DNA from: an uncultured Alphaproteobacteria bacterium
GTDB taxonomy: Bacteria; Pseudomonadota; Alphaproteobacteria; Rhizobiales; Aestuariivirgaceae
DNA: 64,000 nucleotides
Reading direction: 5' to 3'
NCBI GenBank assembly: GCA_963700885.1
Contig: CAVOZJ010000030.1
Location: 46,563-110,562, forward strand
The position numbers and the translations under genes were made by a program. Shown piece by piece: positions 1-10,200 of the stretch (position 1 is its first letter; every line of letters begins with the position of its first letter). Below the pieces are notes generated by a model. The model did no database searches and was not told the origin of the DNA. It was given only the letters and a program-made list of their open reading frames with translations.

Positions 1-583
1 AGCCGACCCGGTACGCCACCACCGCCGGGCAATCCGCACCATAAAGCGGGATCAACTGGCGTTCGATCTCACGGATATTGCGCACTGACAGGTGAATAAC
101 AAGCGTTGCGCCGGTGCGCCCCAGCGTTGCCAGGTCCTCGCCCGTCGGCATTGCAGAAGACTTCATGGCGGTGCGGGTAAGAATGACGGTCTGGGATACC
201 TCGGGTATCGTCAGTTCCTGACCCATGGCTGCAGCCGCTGCAGCATAGGCAGATACGCCGGGGACGATTTCATAGGCGATGCCATGCTTTTTCAGATGCC
301 TGATCTGTTCGGCAATGGCGCCATAAAGCGACGGATCGCCTGAATGCACCCGCGCCACGTCTTCATCACGGTCCCTTGCCGCCAGCATTTCGGCAATGAT
401 GCCGTCCAGCGTCATGGGAGCGGTATCGCGCACCAGCGCGCCGGCCGGAGCGCATGCAACAACTGCTTCCGGCACCAGCGACCCTGCATAAAGGCACACC
501 TTGCAGGCCTCGATGATGCGCCGGCCCCTGACGGTAATCAGGTCCGGATCGCCCGGGCCAGCTCCGATAAAATAGACCTTCAT
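1..583 (-). CDS. cobM: precorrin-4 C11-methyltransferase (CobM/CbiF), 3' end outside window
   Basis: Hand translation of the minus strand from ATG 583..581 gives MKVYFIGAGPGDPDLITVRGRRIIEACKVCLYAGSLVP...SGDPSLYGAIAEQ. This is the typical tetrapyrrole methylase / CobM N-terminus. It is not in the ORF track because it runs off the window. Its ATG overlaps the upstream stop as ATGA. Confidence 0.85.
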   Translation of the reverse strand, partial: MKVYFIGAGPGDPDLITVRGRRIIEACKVCLYAGSLVPEAVVACAPAGALVRDTAPMTLDGIIAEMLAARDRDEDVARVHSGDPSLYGAIAEQIRHLKKHGIAYEIVPGVSAYAAAAAAMGQELTIPEVSQTVILTRTAMKSSAMPTGEDLATLGRTGATLVIHLSVRNIREIERQLIPLYGADCPAVVAYRVG

Positions 584-2421
584 GATGCTTTGCCCTGTCT
601 GGCGTCAATGCGTTTGGCGTATCCGCGCGGTGTATACATGAGCCTGCCATCTGCGCCGGCGCCGGTGTCGCCCGACGTGAACGTTCTGGTATTGGACGAC
701 CCGACAAGCACCACGGTCAGCATGTCGATTTCATCAACTTCCAGTGTCGCCAGTGTCCGCTGCCGCAGGGTTTCATCCGTCCGTCCAAGATTGCTGGCAA
801 GCAGCACCGGTGTATCTGCCGGCCGGTGCCTCAACAGGATATCCCGGGCCTCTGCCAGCAGGGTGCGCCGTTTCGCGGAGACCGGGTTGTAGAAGGCAAT
901 CACGAAATCACCATCAGCGGCAGCGTGCAGCCGCCTGATGATGTCTTCGCGCGGCGTCAGCAGGTCCGACAGTGAAATGGTGCAGAAATCATGGCCCAGA
1001 ATTGCGCCTGCCCGGGCCGATGCCGCCTGCAGGGCCGATATGCCGGGTGCATTGATAACCTGCACTCGTTTTGCGGAACCGGTGACGCCGCCTTCGTCTT
1101 CTGCCCGGTCCATCAGTTCCATGACCAGTGCGCCCATGGCGTATATGCCCGCATCACCCGAACAGATGAGTGCCACGTTGCGGCCTTCTCCGGCGCGCTC
1201 CAGCGCATAGCGGCAGCGATCTTCCTCACCACCCAGCGGAAAATCCTGGCGTGGTTTTCCGGCGGCCAGCGGTCCGAGCAGGTCGATGTAAAGGCCATAA
1301 CCTACCAGTTCGTCGGCCTGTGCGACCAGGCGCGAGGCTTCCGGCGTGCGCCAGTCGGCGGCACCCGGCCCGATACCGATAACCGACAGCGTTCCGCGTG
1401 GTCTCGATGGCTTCGCCTCGCCGGCAACAATCGCAACAGCGCACGTGGCATTTGCTGATTTGGTCTTTTCTATCAGCAGGTCTGACGTGTTCCCGGCTGC
1501 AGCCAGCGCCGCACCTTCCGCTACGCCGTGGCAGCCGACTTCGGCAAAAACCACATCAGACGGATTGGCCAGCCGCGGCGCCAGGGCTTCCAGTTCGACT
1601 GCCGGGTAGAACAGGGCGGTTACGCCGAGGTTGCCCGCCAGTGCATGAACCGCAGCTTCATCTGCTTTCACGTCAACCGACCACACGCCGGCCACCTCGC
1701 AGGCCGAGCGGCCGGCATCGCTTAACGTCCTGTGCACCAGCGCGATCAGTTCATCCGGGTCGCACCCGCGTGCACAACCAACGCCAACAGCCAGGCATTG
1801 CCGGCGGTAGGTCAGGGGCTCACAGCCTGCAACCGATAGCACAACCGGTGAATTGCCATCCGGCACGGGAGATATGTTGACGTTGGCCAGTTCACCGATG
1901 GATGCAAGCCAGTCTGCCTCACCGGAAAGTGTTGCGGGTCTTCCGGCCAGCAGGCCCGCCATAACGGACTTGGCATCCAGCGGGTTTTCCAGGCGCCAGC
2001 CCGCAGGCGGACTGTCCAGCGCTACGCCAAGCCGCACGTCGCCGGCCGTGGTCAGTGCGGCATGGCCTCCAAGCGCTTTTGCAATATCAATCGCAAGCCG
2101 GTTCGCACCATGGTGACCGCCGAGCAGGGGTACAGCGCTTGATCCGTCCTCGGCGACACAAACAACCGGTGGTTCGTGCCATTTGTCGGTAACCAGTGAT
2201 CCTATGCAGCGGATCACAATGCCGGCCGCGCACACGCCGACAATGCCATGTCCGGCTGCAAACAGCGCACGCAGGTGTGCTGCCACATCATCTATGACCG
2301 CATCGGTTCTGCCGGCCGGATTGCGGCCATGCAATTGCGCGCCCAGCGTATCTGCGATTTTGCGGGCAATGGGTTCGGCAGACGCGGTGAAGAACACCAC
2401 TACTGGTTCAGGTTTTGACAT
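580..2421 (-). CDS. cobJ: CbiG domain fused to precorrin-3B C17-methyltransferase (CobJ/CbiH)
   Basis: 619-aa track ORF. The N-terminal ~340 aa resemble CbiG (VVVFFTASAEPIARKIA..., GVGCARG). The C-terminal half is a tetrapyrrole methylase (LSVIGIGPGAADWRTPEA...GDAGIYAMG). ATG at 2421 (MSKPEP) is preferred over the TTG at 2439. Confidence 0.8.
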   Translation of the reverse strand: MSKPEPVVVFFTASAEPIARKIADTLGAQLHGRNPAGRTDAVIDDVAAHLRALFAAGHGIVGVCAAGIVIRCIGSLVTDKWHEPPVVCVAEDGSSAVPLLGGHHGANRLAIDIAKALGGHAALTTAGDVRLGVALDSPPAGWRLENPLDAKSVMAGLLAGRPATLSGEADWLASIGELANVNISPVPDGNSPVVLSVAGCEPLTYRRQCLAVGVGCARGCDPDELIALVHRTLSDAGRSACEVAGVWSVDVKADEAAVHALAGNLGVTALFYPAVELEALAPRLANPSDVVFAEVGCHGVAEGAALAAAGNTSDLLIEKTKSANATCAVAIVAGEAKPSRPRGTLSVIGIGPGAADWRTPEASRLVAQADELVGYGLYIDLLGPLAAGKPRQDFPLGGEEDRCRYALERAGEGRNVALICSGDAGIYAMGALVMELMDRAEDEGGVTGSAKRVQVINAPGISALQAASARAGAILGHDFCTISLSDLLTPREDIIRRLHAAADGDFVIAFYNPVSAKRRTLLAEARDILLRHRPADTPVLLASNLGRTDETLRQRTLATLEVDEIDMLTVVLVGSSNTRTFTSGDTGAGADGRLMYTPRGYAKRIDARQGKAS

Positions 2422-3112
2422 AGAAGTCCGTTCCAGCAATCAGGATCATCGAAAAATAAGGCGCGGTTTCAGGTGCATCGATCAACGGCACGACAATTTG
2501 CTGTGGCAGCGAGGCGTGGGCGACATATATTGCCCGGCCGGTGAGGTTGAGATCTTCAATTACCTTTCGCACCCTGGCCAGATGCCTGCCGACTTTCATG
2601 ATCACTGCAGCACCCGATGCCTGCAGCCGGTCCCGCAGCAGGGTTTCATCAACCGTAGCCGGCACCACGGTCAGGATTTCGTTGCGGGCACAAAGCGGCC
2701 GGGCGGCCATGGCGGCACAGGCGGTCATGGACGTGACACCGGGTACGATCTCGGCCCTGTGCTTCTCCGCCAGCCGCGCGAACAGATACATGAAGGACCC
2801 GTAGAAGAACGGATCGCCTTCACACAGGACCGCGACATCTGTTCCTGCATCGAGATGGCTGCCAATGGCGACGGCGGCCTCGTCATAAACGCCCTGTGCC
2901 GGAAACCGCGCCACCCGCATCGGGATCACGATCGGAATTTCGATTGCGTTGCTGCCGATCGCACCGGCTGCAATGGACCGGGCAAAACTTTCGCCCGTGT
3001 CAGGGGCAGGATATGCCACGACCCTGGCTGACGATATCAGCCGGTGTGCCTTGAGCGTCATCAGGTCCGGATCGCCGGGTCCCAGTCCGATGCCGTACAG
3101 TGTGCCGCTCAT
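2408..3112 (-). CDS. cobI: precorrin-2 C20-methyltransferase (CobI/CbiL)
   Basis: MSGTLYGIGLGPGDPDLMTLKAHRLI...CEGDPFFYGSF methylase motifs. The ATG at 3112 overlaps the cobL stop (ATGA). Confidence 0.85.
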   Translation of the reverse strand: MSGTLYGIGLGPGDPDLMTLKAHRLISSARVVAYPAPDTGESFARSIAAGAIGSNAIEIPIVIPMRVARFPAQGVYDEAAVAIGSHLDAGTDVAVLCEGDPFFYGSFMYLFARLAEKHRAEIVPGVTSMTACAAMAARPLCARNEILTVVPATVDETLLRDRLQASGAAVIMKVGRHLARVRKVIEDLNLTGRAIYVAHASLPQQIVVPLIDAPETAPYFSMILIAGTDFYVKT

Positions 3113-4308
3113 ATGGTCCTGCTCCACTGTGTCACGGGCATGAACGGTTTCCAGCCGCGATAGCTGCCAACGGGTTCGGCACGCGCCACGGACAGGCGAA
3201 CCAGGTGTCCGCCATGATGATCATGCAGAGCCGACAGGATCTGCTCGCTTTCCAGCGTGACGGCATTTGCAACCAGCCTGCCGCGCGGCTTGAGGGCGGA
3301 CAGGCATGCATCCACGGTTGCAATGCTCAATCCGCCGCCGATGAACACGGCATCCGGCGCAGCAAGTCCCGCCAGGCCGGAAGGCGCAGTTGCATCGACC
3401 AGCTGCAGGCCGGGAACCCCCAGTTTCAGCGCATTGCGCTGCGCCATATCCCGGCGGCCAGCATCCGGATCCAGGCCAATGGCGCGGGCGTTCCTGGCCA
3501 TCCGCAACCACTCGATCGCCACCGATCCGCATCCGCATCCGACATCCCACAACAACTCACCCGGTCCCGGCGCCAGCCGCGCCAGGCTGATCGCGCGGAT
3601 TTCGGACTTGGTCATTTTGCCATCATGCTCGAAGGCATCATCGGGCAGGCCGGGGCCACGCGGCAGAACTTGTGCACCCGCGCCGGCAATGCATTCAATG
3701 CACAATGTGTGAAAATCATCCGGTCTACCGGACCAGCCATCTGCAGTGCCGTCGATCCGCGTTTCCTGCCGCCCGCCCATGTGCGACAGGGCCGTGATCC
3801 GCGAACCTCCAAAGCCCTCCTGCACCAGCAACCTGGCGATCTGGCCCGGTGTGCCGGCATCATGCGTCAGCAGCACGAGCCGCGCGCCGGGACGTATTTC
3901 CGGCAACACGGCTTCGATTTGCCTGCCGTGTACCGTGAGGGCAGCCGCGTCCTGCAACGCCCAGCCCATGCGGCTTGCCGCCAGTTGAAATGCCGAAACG
4001 TGCGGGTGAATGCTTACCTCATCCGGCTTGAAATGCGATGCGATTTTCACGCCCGCCGAATACCAGACCGGATCACCGGTTACCAGGACGCAGACCTGCC
4101 TGTCACGCAGTTTCCCGATGGTTTCAATCATTGCATCAAACGGGCTCGGCCATGTCAGGCGTTCGGCCTTTATCCCGCCGGCAAGCGCATGGTGACGTGC
4201 ACCACCAATCACGATGTCCGCGTTGGTGACCGCTGAACGGGCAACCGCTGACAGGCCGTCAACGCCATCTTCGCCAATACCGACAATGTTGAGCCAGATC
4301 CCGCTCAT
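3109..4308 (-). CDS. cobL: precorrin-6Y C5,15-methyltransferase, decarboxylating (CobL = CbiE+CbiT)
   Basis: Internal start MSGIWLNIVGIGEDGVDGLS at 4308, overlapping the cobH stop (ATGA). The C-terminal half has a SAM-methyltransferase motif (LWDVGCGCGSVAIEW). Confidence 0.85.
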   Translation of the reverse strand: MSGIWLNIVGIGEDGVDGLSAVARSAVTNADIVIGGARHHALAGGIKAERLTWPSPFDAMIETIGKLRDRQVCVLVTGDPVWYSAGVKIASHFKPDEVSIHPHVSAFQLAASRMGWALQDAAALTVHGRQIEAVLPEIRPGARLVLLTHDAGTPGQIARLLVQEGFGGSRITALSHMGGRQETRIDGTADGWSGRPDDFHTLCIECIAGAGAQVLPRGPGLPDDAFEHDGKMTKSEIRAISLARLAPGPGELLWDVGCGCGSVAIEWLRMARNARAIGLDPDAGRRDMAQRNALKLGVPGLQLVDATAPSGLAGLAAPDAVFIGGGLSIATVDACLSALKPRGRLVANAVTLESEQILSALHDHHGGHLVRLSVARAEPVGSYRGWKPFMPVTQWSRTI

Positions 4309-4940
4309 CGGCCATCTCCGCCAAGCCCGAGTGACAGCGCATTTACGGCAGCCGACGCGAGAGCCGACCCGCCCCGCCTGCCGTTTAGCGTGATGAACGC
4401 CACTCCACGCGAATTGACAGACAATTCCTGCTTGCTCTCTGCTGCCCCGATGAACCCGACAGGGAAAGCCATGATAACGGCGGGCTTCGGCCATCCCTGA
4501 TCCAGCAGTTCAAGCAGGTGGAACAGCGCTGTCGGCGCATTGCCGATGGCGACAATGCTGCCGGCCATCCGGTCGCGCCATAACTCTACCGCGGCTGCAG
4601 AGCGCGTGTTGCCGATACGCTGTGCGATGCCTACGGTTTCGGGATGGTTGATCGTCGTGATGATCTCGGTATTGGCGGCAAGTCCGCGCCGGATAATCCC
4701 GCTGGCCACCATTTCGGCATCGCACAGGATGCTGCCGCCGGCCTTCAGTGCTGCCCTGCCGGTGCTGACACAGTCCGGTGTGCAGGCAATATCTGCGGTA
4801 ATATCGCTCATGCCGCAGGCATGGACCAGCCTGACAGCCAGTTCGGCGATGTCGGGAGAAAACCGGTCCAGCTGCGCTTCCGACCGGACCGTCTGAAAGC
4901 TCAGTTCATAAATTCTGGACGGGTCGCGTTCATAGATCAC
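4305..4940 (-). CDS. cobH: precorrin-8X methylmutase (CobH/CbiC)
   Basis: 211 aa with YERDPSRIYELSF...VRLVHACGM...AIGNAPTALFHLLEL, characteristic of CobH/CbiC. Confidence 0.9.
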   Translation of the reverse strand: MIYERDPSRIYELSFQTVRSEAQLDRFSPDIAELAVRLVHACGMSDITADIACTPDCVSTGRAALKAGGSILCDAEMVASGIIRRGLAANTEIITTINHPETVGIAQRIGNTRSAAAVELWRDRMAGSIVAIGNAPTALFHLLELLDQGWPKPAVIMAFPVGFIGAAESKQELSVNSRGVAFITLNGRRGGSALASAAVNALSLGLGGDGR

Positions 4941-6106
4941 TTGTCGTCCTGCTTCATGTGCTTGCGGACACTTTCCGGACCATGTGGATGGCTCGCATGA
5001 GGATAGGGCGGATGATGATGATCATGATCGTGCGAATGCGCGTGGCTGTGACCGTGATCGTGCGAATGCGCGTGGCTGTGACCGTGATCGTGCGAATGCG
5101 CGTGGCTGTGATCGTCATCGTGCGAATGGCCGTGCTGATGATTATGACTGCTATCCAGCCGGCACGCGCCGGTGCAGAATGTGCCGCACAGGTTGCAGTC
5201 GGCGACGTTCGATCCCGGCGCGTTTGCCCCCTGACCTTCGACGTGATGGTGGTGGCTTTCCTGCGGCATGCCCACCTCTGCTTCAAAGCCGAGCACCTGG
5301 GCGCGATACTTGCACATCGAGCAGTTCATGACATTCTGACCGTCGAGAATTTCCGTCACCCGCTCGGCAAAAGTTGCCAGGACCTGCGGGTGATCATTCA
5401 GATAGCCGGCCTTGACGAAATCAATGTCCGGATTTGCCCCGGCCACCATGTCGGTAAAGCCATAGATGCGGTCAATCAGAACGCCGGTGAACAGGAAGTA
5501 CGGGAACACCACGATGCGTTTGTATCCCAGTTTGGCCGCATGCTCGAGACACGGCTCGACCAGGGGAAAGGTGACGCCGGAATAACCAACTTCACACCAT
5601 CCGAACCCCATGCCTTCCCACAACATGCGCGCAATCTTCGAGACGTTGGAATTGGCATCAGGGTCTGACGCGCCACGGCCGATGACCACCAGACATGTCT
5701 CGGACAGAGGTACATCGCCGTGTTCGCTATTGGCTCTGTCAACAGCCTCGCGAATCTTTTCAGATGCAGCGAGGATCATTTTCGGATCGACGCCCAGCTC
5801 GCGGCCGTACTGAACCTTGACACCGTGGGTGGCGCCATAGGTGTTCAGTACCGATGGGATGTCGTTCTTGGCGTGCATGGCGGCAAACAGCATGCCGGGC
5901 ACCGCCAGAATGTGATCACAACCCTGGTCGCGCAGTTTGTCCAGGCCGTCCCGGATCAGCGGATTGGCAAATTCCAGATAGCCGTATTCCACTGGCCAGT
6001 CCGGCGGCAGATACTGCGGCAGCTTTTCAGCCAGAACGGCAAACTCGTCCACGGCAGCCTGGCTGCGGGAACCGTGACCGCAAATCATGACGCCGGTCCT
6101 GCTCAC
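4937..6106 (-). CDS. cbiX: sirohydrochlorin cobaltochelatase, long form (CbiX-L) with Cys motifs and a His-rich tail
   Basis: VMICGHGSR...ILAVPGMLFAAMHAKNDIP and a second CbiX repeat. Cys cluster NCSMCKY / CNLCGTFCTGAC, followed by a HSHAHSHDHG-type tail. GTG start at 6106 overlaps the upstream stop (GTGA). Confidence 0.8.
   Translation of the reverse strand: MSRTGVMICGHGSRSQAAVDEFAVLAEKLPQYLPPDWPVEYGYLEFANPLIRDGLDKLRDQGCDHILAVPGMLFAAMHAKNDIPSVLNTYGATHGVKVQYGRELGVDPKMILAASEKIREAVDRANSEHGDVPLSETCLVVIGRGASDPDANSNVSKIARMLWEGMGFGWCEVGYSGVTFPLVEPCLEHAAKLGYKRIVVFPYFLFTGVLIDRIYGFTDMVAGANPDIDFVKAGYLNDHPQVLATFAERVTEILDGQNVMNCSMCKYRAQVLGFEAEVGMPQESHHHHVEGQGANAPGSNVADCNLCGTFCTGACRLDSSHNHQHGHSHDDDHSHAHSHDHGHSHAHSHDHGHSHAHSHDHDHHHPPYPHASHPHGPESVRKHMKQDDK
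5026..5130. repeat. tandem 30-bp repeat (about 3.5 copies) inside the cbiX 3' region
   Basis: The unit gatcgtgcgaatgcgcgtggctgtgaccgt occurs at 5026-5055 and 5056-5085 (identical) and at 5086-5115 (1 mismatch). A diverged partial copy follows. It encodes the His-rich tail on the minus strand. Confidence 0.9.
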
Positions 6107-6342
6107 GATGAAGTCTCTTCTGCTGCTTTCTGCCTGGGTTTTTTCCTGAGTTTCCGCGCAGCCAGTGCGGCAGCGATTGCGGCAGCCGCTGCAATGGCTG
6201 CTACACCGGCGAGATGGCTGTGACCGGCCAGTTCCCCCATATGGCCCAAATGCGCCTTTGCCGGGGTTGCCGTGCCGGCAATCCCGCTGAAGAATATTGC
6301 TGCCTGGTAAAATTTCATCCTCTGACTGGCCTTCCTGCTCAT
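6103..6342 (-). CDS. small membrane-anchored protein with HxxH/HxH motifs, function unknown
   Basis: Sequence MSRKASQRMKFYQAAIFFSGIAGTATPAKAHLGHMGELAGHSHLAGVAAIAAAAAIAAALAARKLRKK... It has a signal-like N-terminus, a His cluster, one Ala-rich TM helix and a basic tail. Its stop overlaps the cbiX start. The start is uncertain (ATG 6342 or 6318). Confidence 0.45.
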   Translation of the reverse strand: MSRKASQRMKFYQAAIFFSGIAGTATPAKAHLGHMGELAGHSHLAGVAAIAAAAAIAAALAARKLRKKPRQKAAEETSS

Positions 6343-6384
6343 CTGCTTCACATCAGACACGATGACAGGCAATCAGGCGTCACA

Positions 6385-6560
6385 GGCCGGAATGCGCCAT
6401 TGGCGCACCATGATCCGGTTGTCTGACGATAATCCTCACCTGCTCCTGGATTGGGTCAGCAGGTATGAAGGATTTTCCGTTCAAGCCATCAGGCATCGTC
6501 CTATCGGAGAAACCTAGCAGACGCCTGCGGCAACCACAAGCCGACAAACCGCACCTGAAG
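6385..6560 (-). promoter_or_regulatory. candidate cobalamin riboswitch leader of the cob operon
   Basis: A 250-nt untranslated gap lies upstream of the first cob-operon ORF. The minus strand contains ACGGAAAATCC (compare GGTGAAAATCC) and CGTCAGACAACCGG (B12-box-like, compare AGYCMGGAGACCKGCC), plus a GCGCC-AAT-GGCGC hairpin. The match to the consensus is imperfect. Confidence 0.35.
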
Positions 6561-6595
6561 CTGCATTGGCGCATATCACCGTTGCGAAGGCTGCA

Positions 6596-7804
6596 TCAGT
6601 TGCCGGAACCCGATGACCTGACGCCGGCCAGTTTGAGGGTGTGGCTTTCCGGTTGAGTGATTCCGGACTTCACAAGGTTGAGTTTTGCAAGAACATCGTT
6701 GACCTTGCTGAGCTCGAATTCCTGCAGCGCCAGTTCTATTTTCACCTCGGCCAGGCGCCTGCGGGAAGCAATGGAAGTTTCCATGCCGGTTTTCCGGGCG
6801 GTGGTATTGTCACGGGAAGGCCTGAGATCTGCGGCAATGGCGCTCAGGCGGGTAATGTGAGCCTGCAGATCCTGCCGTAACCCGCGCTGCTGCAATATCT
6901 CCATCTCAATCGTCCGCAACGACACCTGCAACCGGGACGCCGCATCGCGCCTGCTCAACCCGGCCGCTTGCAGTGCAGACACGGTCTGGCCGGGTGACTG
7001 GCTGGCGACAGAAGCCTGCTCTTTAGTCTCGCTGGCACCAGTTGATGACCGCTCCGCCAACCCCTGGTTGCCGGCCGGCGCAACCGGCATCATCGAACTG
7101 CCTGAAGCCAGAGACAGTACCGCAACAGTGCCAAGGCATAAGAACATCGAGGCGACAGTTGCCATGGCCGGCCGTGACGCAAGGCGGATGTCCAGCCTGG
7201 TCAGGTTATACAATGACAGCTTGTGCAGCATTCCGGCAGCAATGGCCGCAATCGCTCCGCAGGACTTTGCAGGCCTGCCAGGCGCACCAACAGGGGTTTT
7301 CCCCGCCACGGCACGCGCTGCAGGAACTTCGCCGGGTGCAGCAGCTGTTCTGGCCGCAGACCGCCGGGTTTGAGCAAGCACTGCCCCAATGATCTGTTCA
7401 TGTGATGCCGGGCTGCACAACACCTTGTGGACCCCGTCAATGGCGGCAATTTCGCTCCGGCTGTCCGCAGGGGCAATCACGATCAGGTGCTTCACCTTCC
7501 TGAGGCCGGCCAGCAGGACCAGTTTTACACCCCGGCTTTCAGTTGGCCGCGACTGGTCGATAACAGCACACTGCACATGGTGGTCTTCGACATGCATAAG
7601 CAGGTCATCGATCGACCGCATATGGCGGGCATGGACCGACACGTCCCTGGCCATGATTTCTGCCGAAACTTCCTTCATGGCAGCACCGGCAAGGATTGTT
7701 TCCATGATCTGGCCGAGGTGTTGTGTGTTGTTTTGCCCAGGCATGCCGCGCCGTTCCTCTTGACGTTCATGGACGATAACCATGATTGCCGGTTTCCCCG
7801 GCAC
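6596..7804 (-). CDS. hypothetical protein: atypical receiver-like N-domain, TM segment, HTH-like segment, coiled coil
   Basis: 402-aa ORF. IMVIVHE...CAVIDQS...LIVIAPAD...KVLCSPAS resembles a degenerate REC domain. The hydrophobic stretch MATVASMFLCLGTVAVLSLA follows. GLSRRDAASRLQVSLRTIEMEI is HTH-like. The C-terminus is heptad-like. Confidence 0.5.
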   Translation of the reverse strand: MPGKPAIMVIVHERQEERRGMPGQNNTQHLGQIMETILAGAAMKEVSAEIMARDVSVHARHMRSIDDLLMHVEDHHVQCAVIDQSRPTESRGVKLVLLAGLRKVKHLIVIAPADSRSEIAAIDGVHKVLCSPASHEQIIGAVLAQTRRSAARTAAAPGEVPAARAVAGKTPVGAPGRPAKSCGAIAAIAAGMLHKLSLYNLTRLDIRLASRPAMATVASMFLCLGTVAVLSLASGSSMMPVAPAGNQGLAERSSTGASETKEQASVASQSPGQTVSALQAAGLSRRDAASRLQVSLRTIEMEILQQRGLRQDLQAHITRLSAIAADLRPSRDNTTARKTGMETSIASRRRLAEVKIELALQEFELSKVNDVLAKLNLVKSGITQPESHTLKLAGVRSSGSGN

Positions 7805-7974
7805 AGTGGCCTGAATCCTTTGTTAAGAGGTAAATTCGGATTTTAACAAACCCGTTTGCAGCCCATTGTTGAATTCGTGATTAATGCCGAGCTAAAAATT
7901 ACGGTTAAGCAATGCATAATAGCGGACTGTGAACCGCCGCTGCCTGCTCGGCCGGTCCTGAAATGCACTGCGGC

Positions 7975-9934
<1,960 letters not shown>

Positions 9935-9983
9935 GAAAAACTCTCGATAATCGGGTGGGATTGAACCTCGTAAAGGTCACACT

Positions 9984-10022
9984 AAAGCAACATGGGTTCA
10001 CTTGAACCCATAAAGTTGCTTT
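9984..10022. repeat. long imperfect palindrome in the aacS/asmA divergent promoter region
   Basis: AAAGCAAC-ATGGGTTCA-ct-TGAACCCAT-aaa-GTTGCTTT: a 9+9 perfect inner repeat and an 8+8 perfect outer repeat. GGTTCA/TGAACC half sites also occur at 9962. Confidence 0.7.
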
Positions 10023-10053
10023 ATCACATTAGAATCGACCATGTTTATGACTC

Positions 10054-10070
10054 TTGGTTGTTTCAACCAA
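10054..10070. repeat. second palindrome TTGGTTG-ttt-CAACCAA in the same intergenic region
   Basis: A perfect 7-3-7 inverted repeat read directly from the sequence, in an AT-rich stretch upstream of asmA. Confidence 0.7.
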
Positions 10071-10200
10071 ATGTCATCCTGTTCTGGCTCTTCCGGGGAC
10101 CAGGCAAAACCCTTTTCTGCCACCATTGCAGAGTTCATTGAAACAAGCTGGACGCAAGTGATGCTCTTATTACCCGCCGTGATCTGCTAAAATAAATGTC

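Noticed and set aside
2183-4236. Long plus-strand ORFs (2183..3031, 3100..4236) and many other ORFs of 60-290 aa lie antisense to annotated genes. Examples are 7963..8760, 23321..24196, 27205..28068, 34147..34962, 47436..48065 and 50774..51466.
   Set aside because: These are shadow ORFs typical of GC-rich DNA. They have an Arg/Pro/Gly/His-rich composition and no recognisable motifs. Each overlaps a gene with a strong family signature on the other strand.
5026-5130. Regular 30-bp repeats, considered as a possible CRISPR-like array.
   Set aside because: The repeats are directly tandem with no spacers and lie inside the cbiX coding frame. They are a coding microsatellite-like repeat, not CRISPR.
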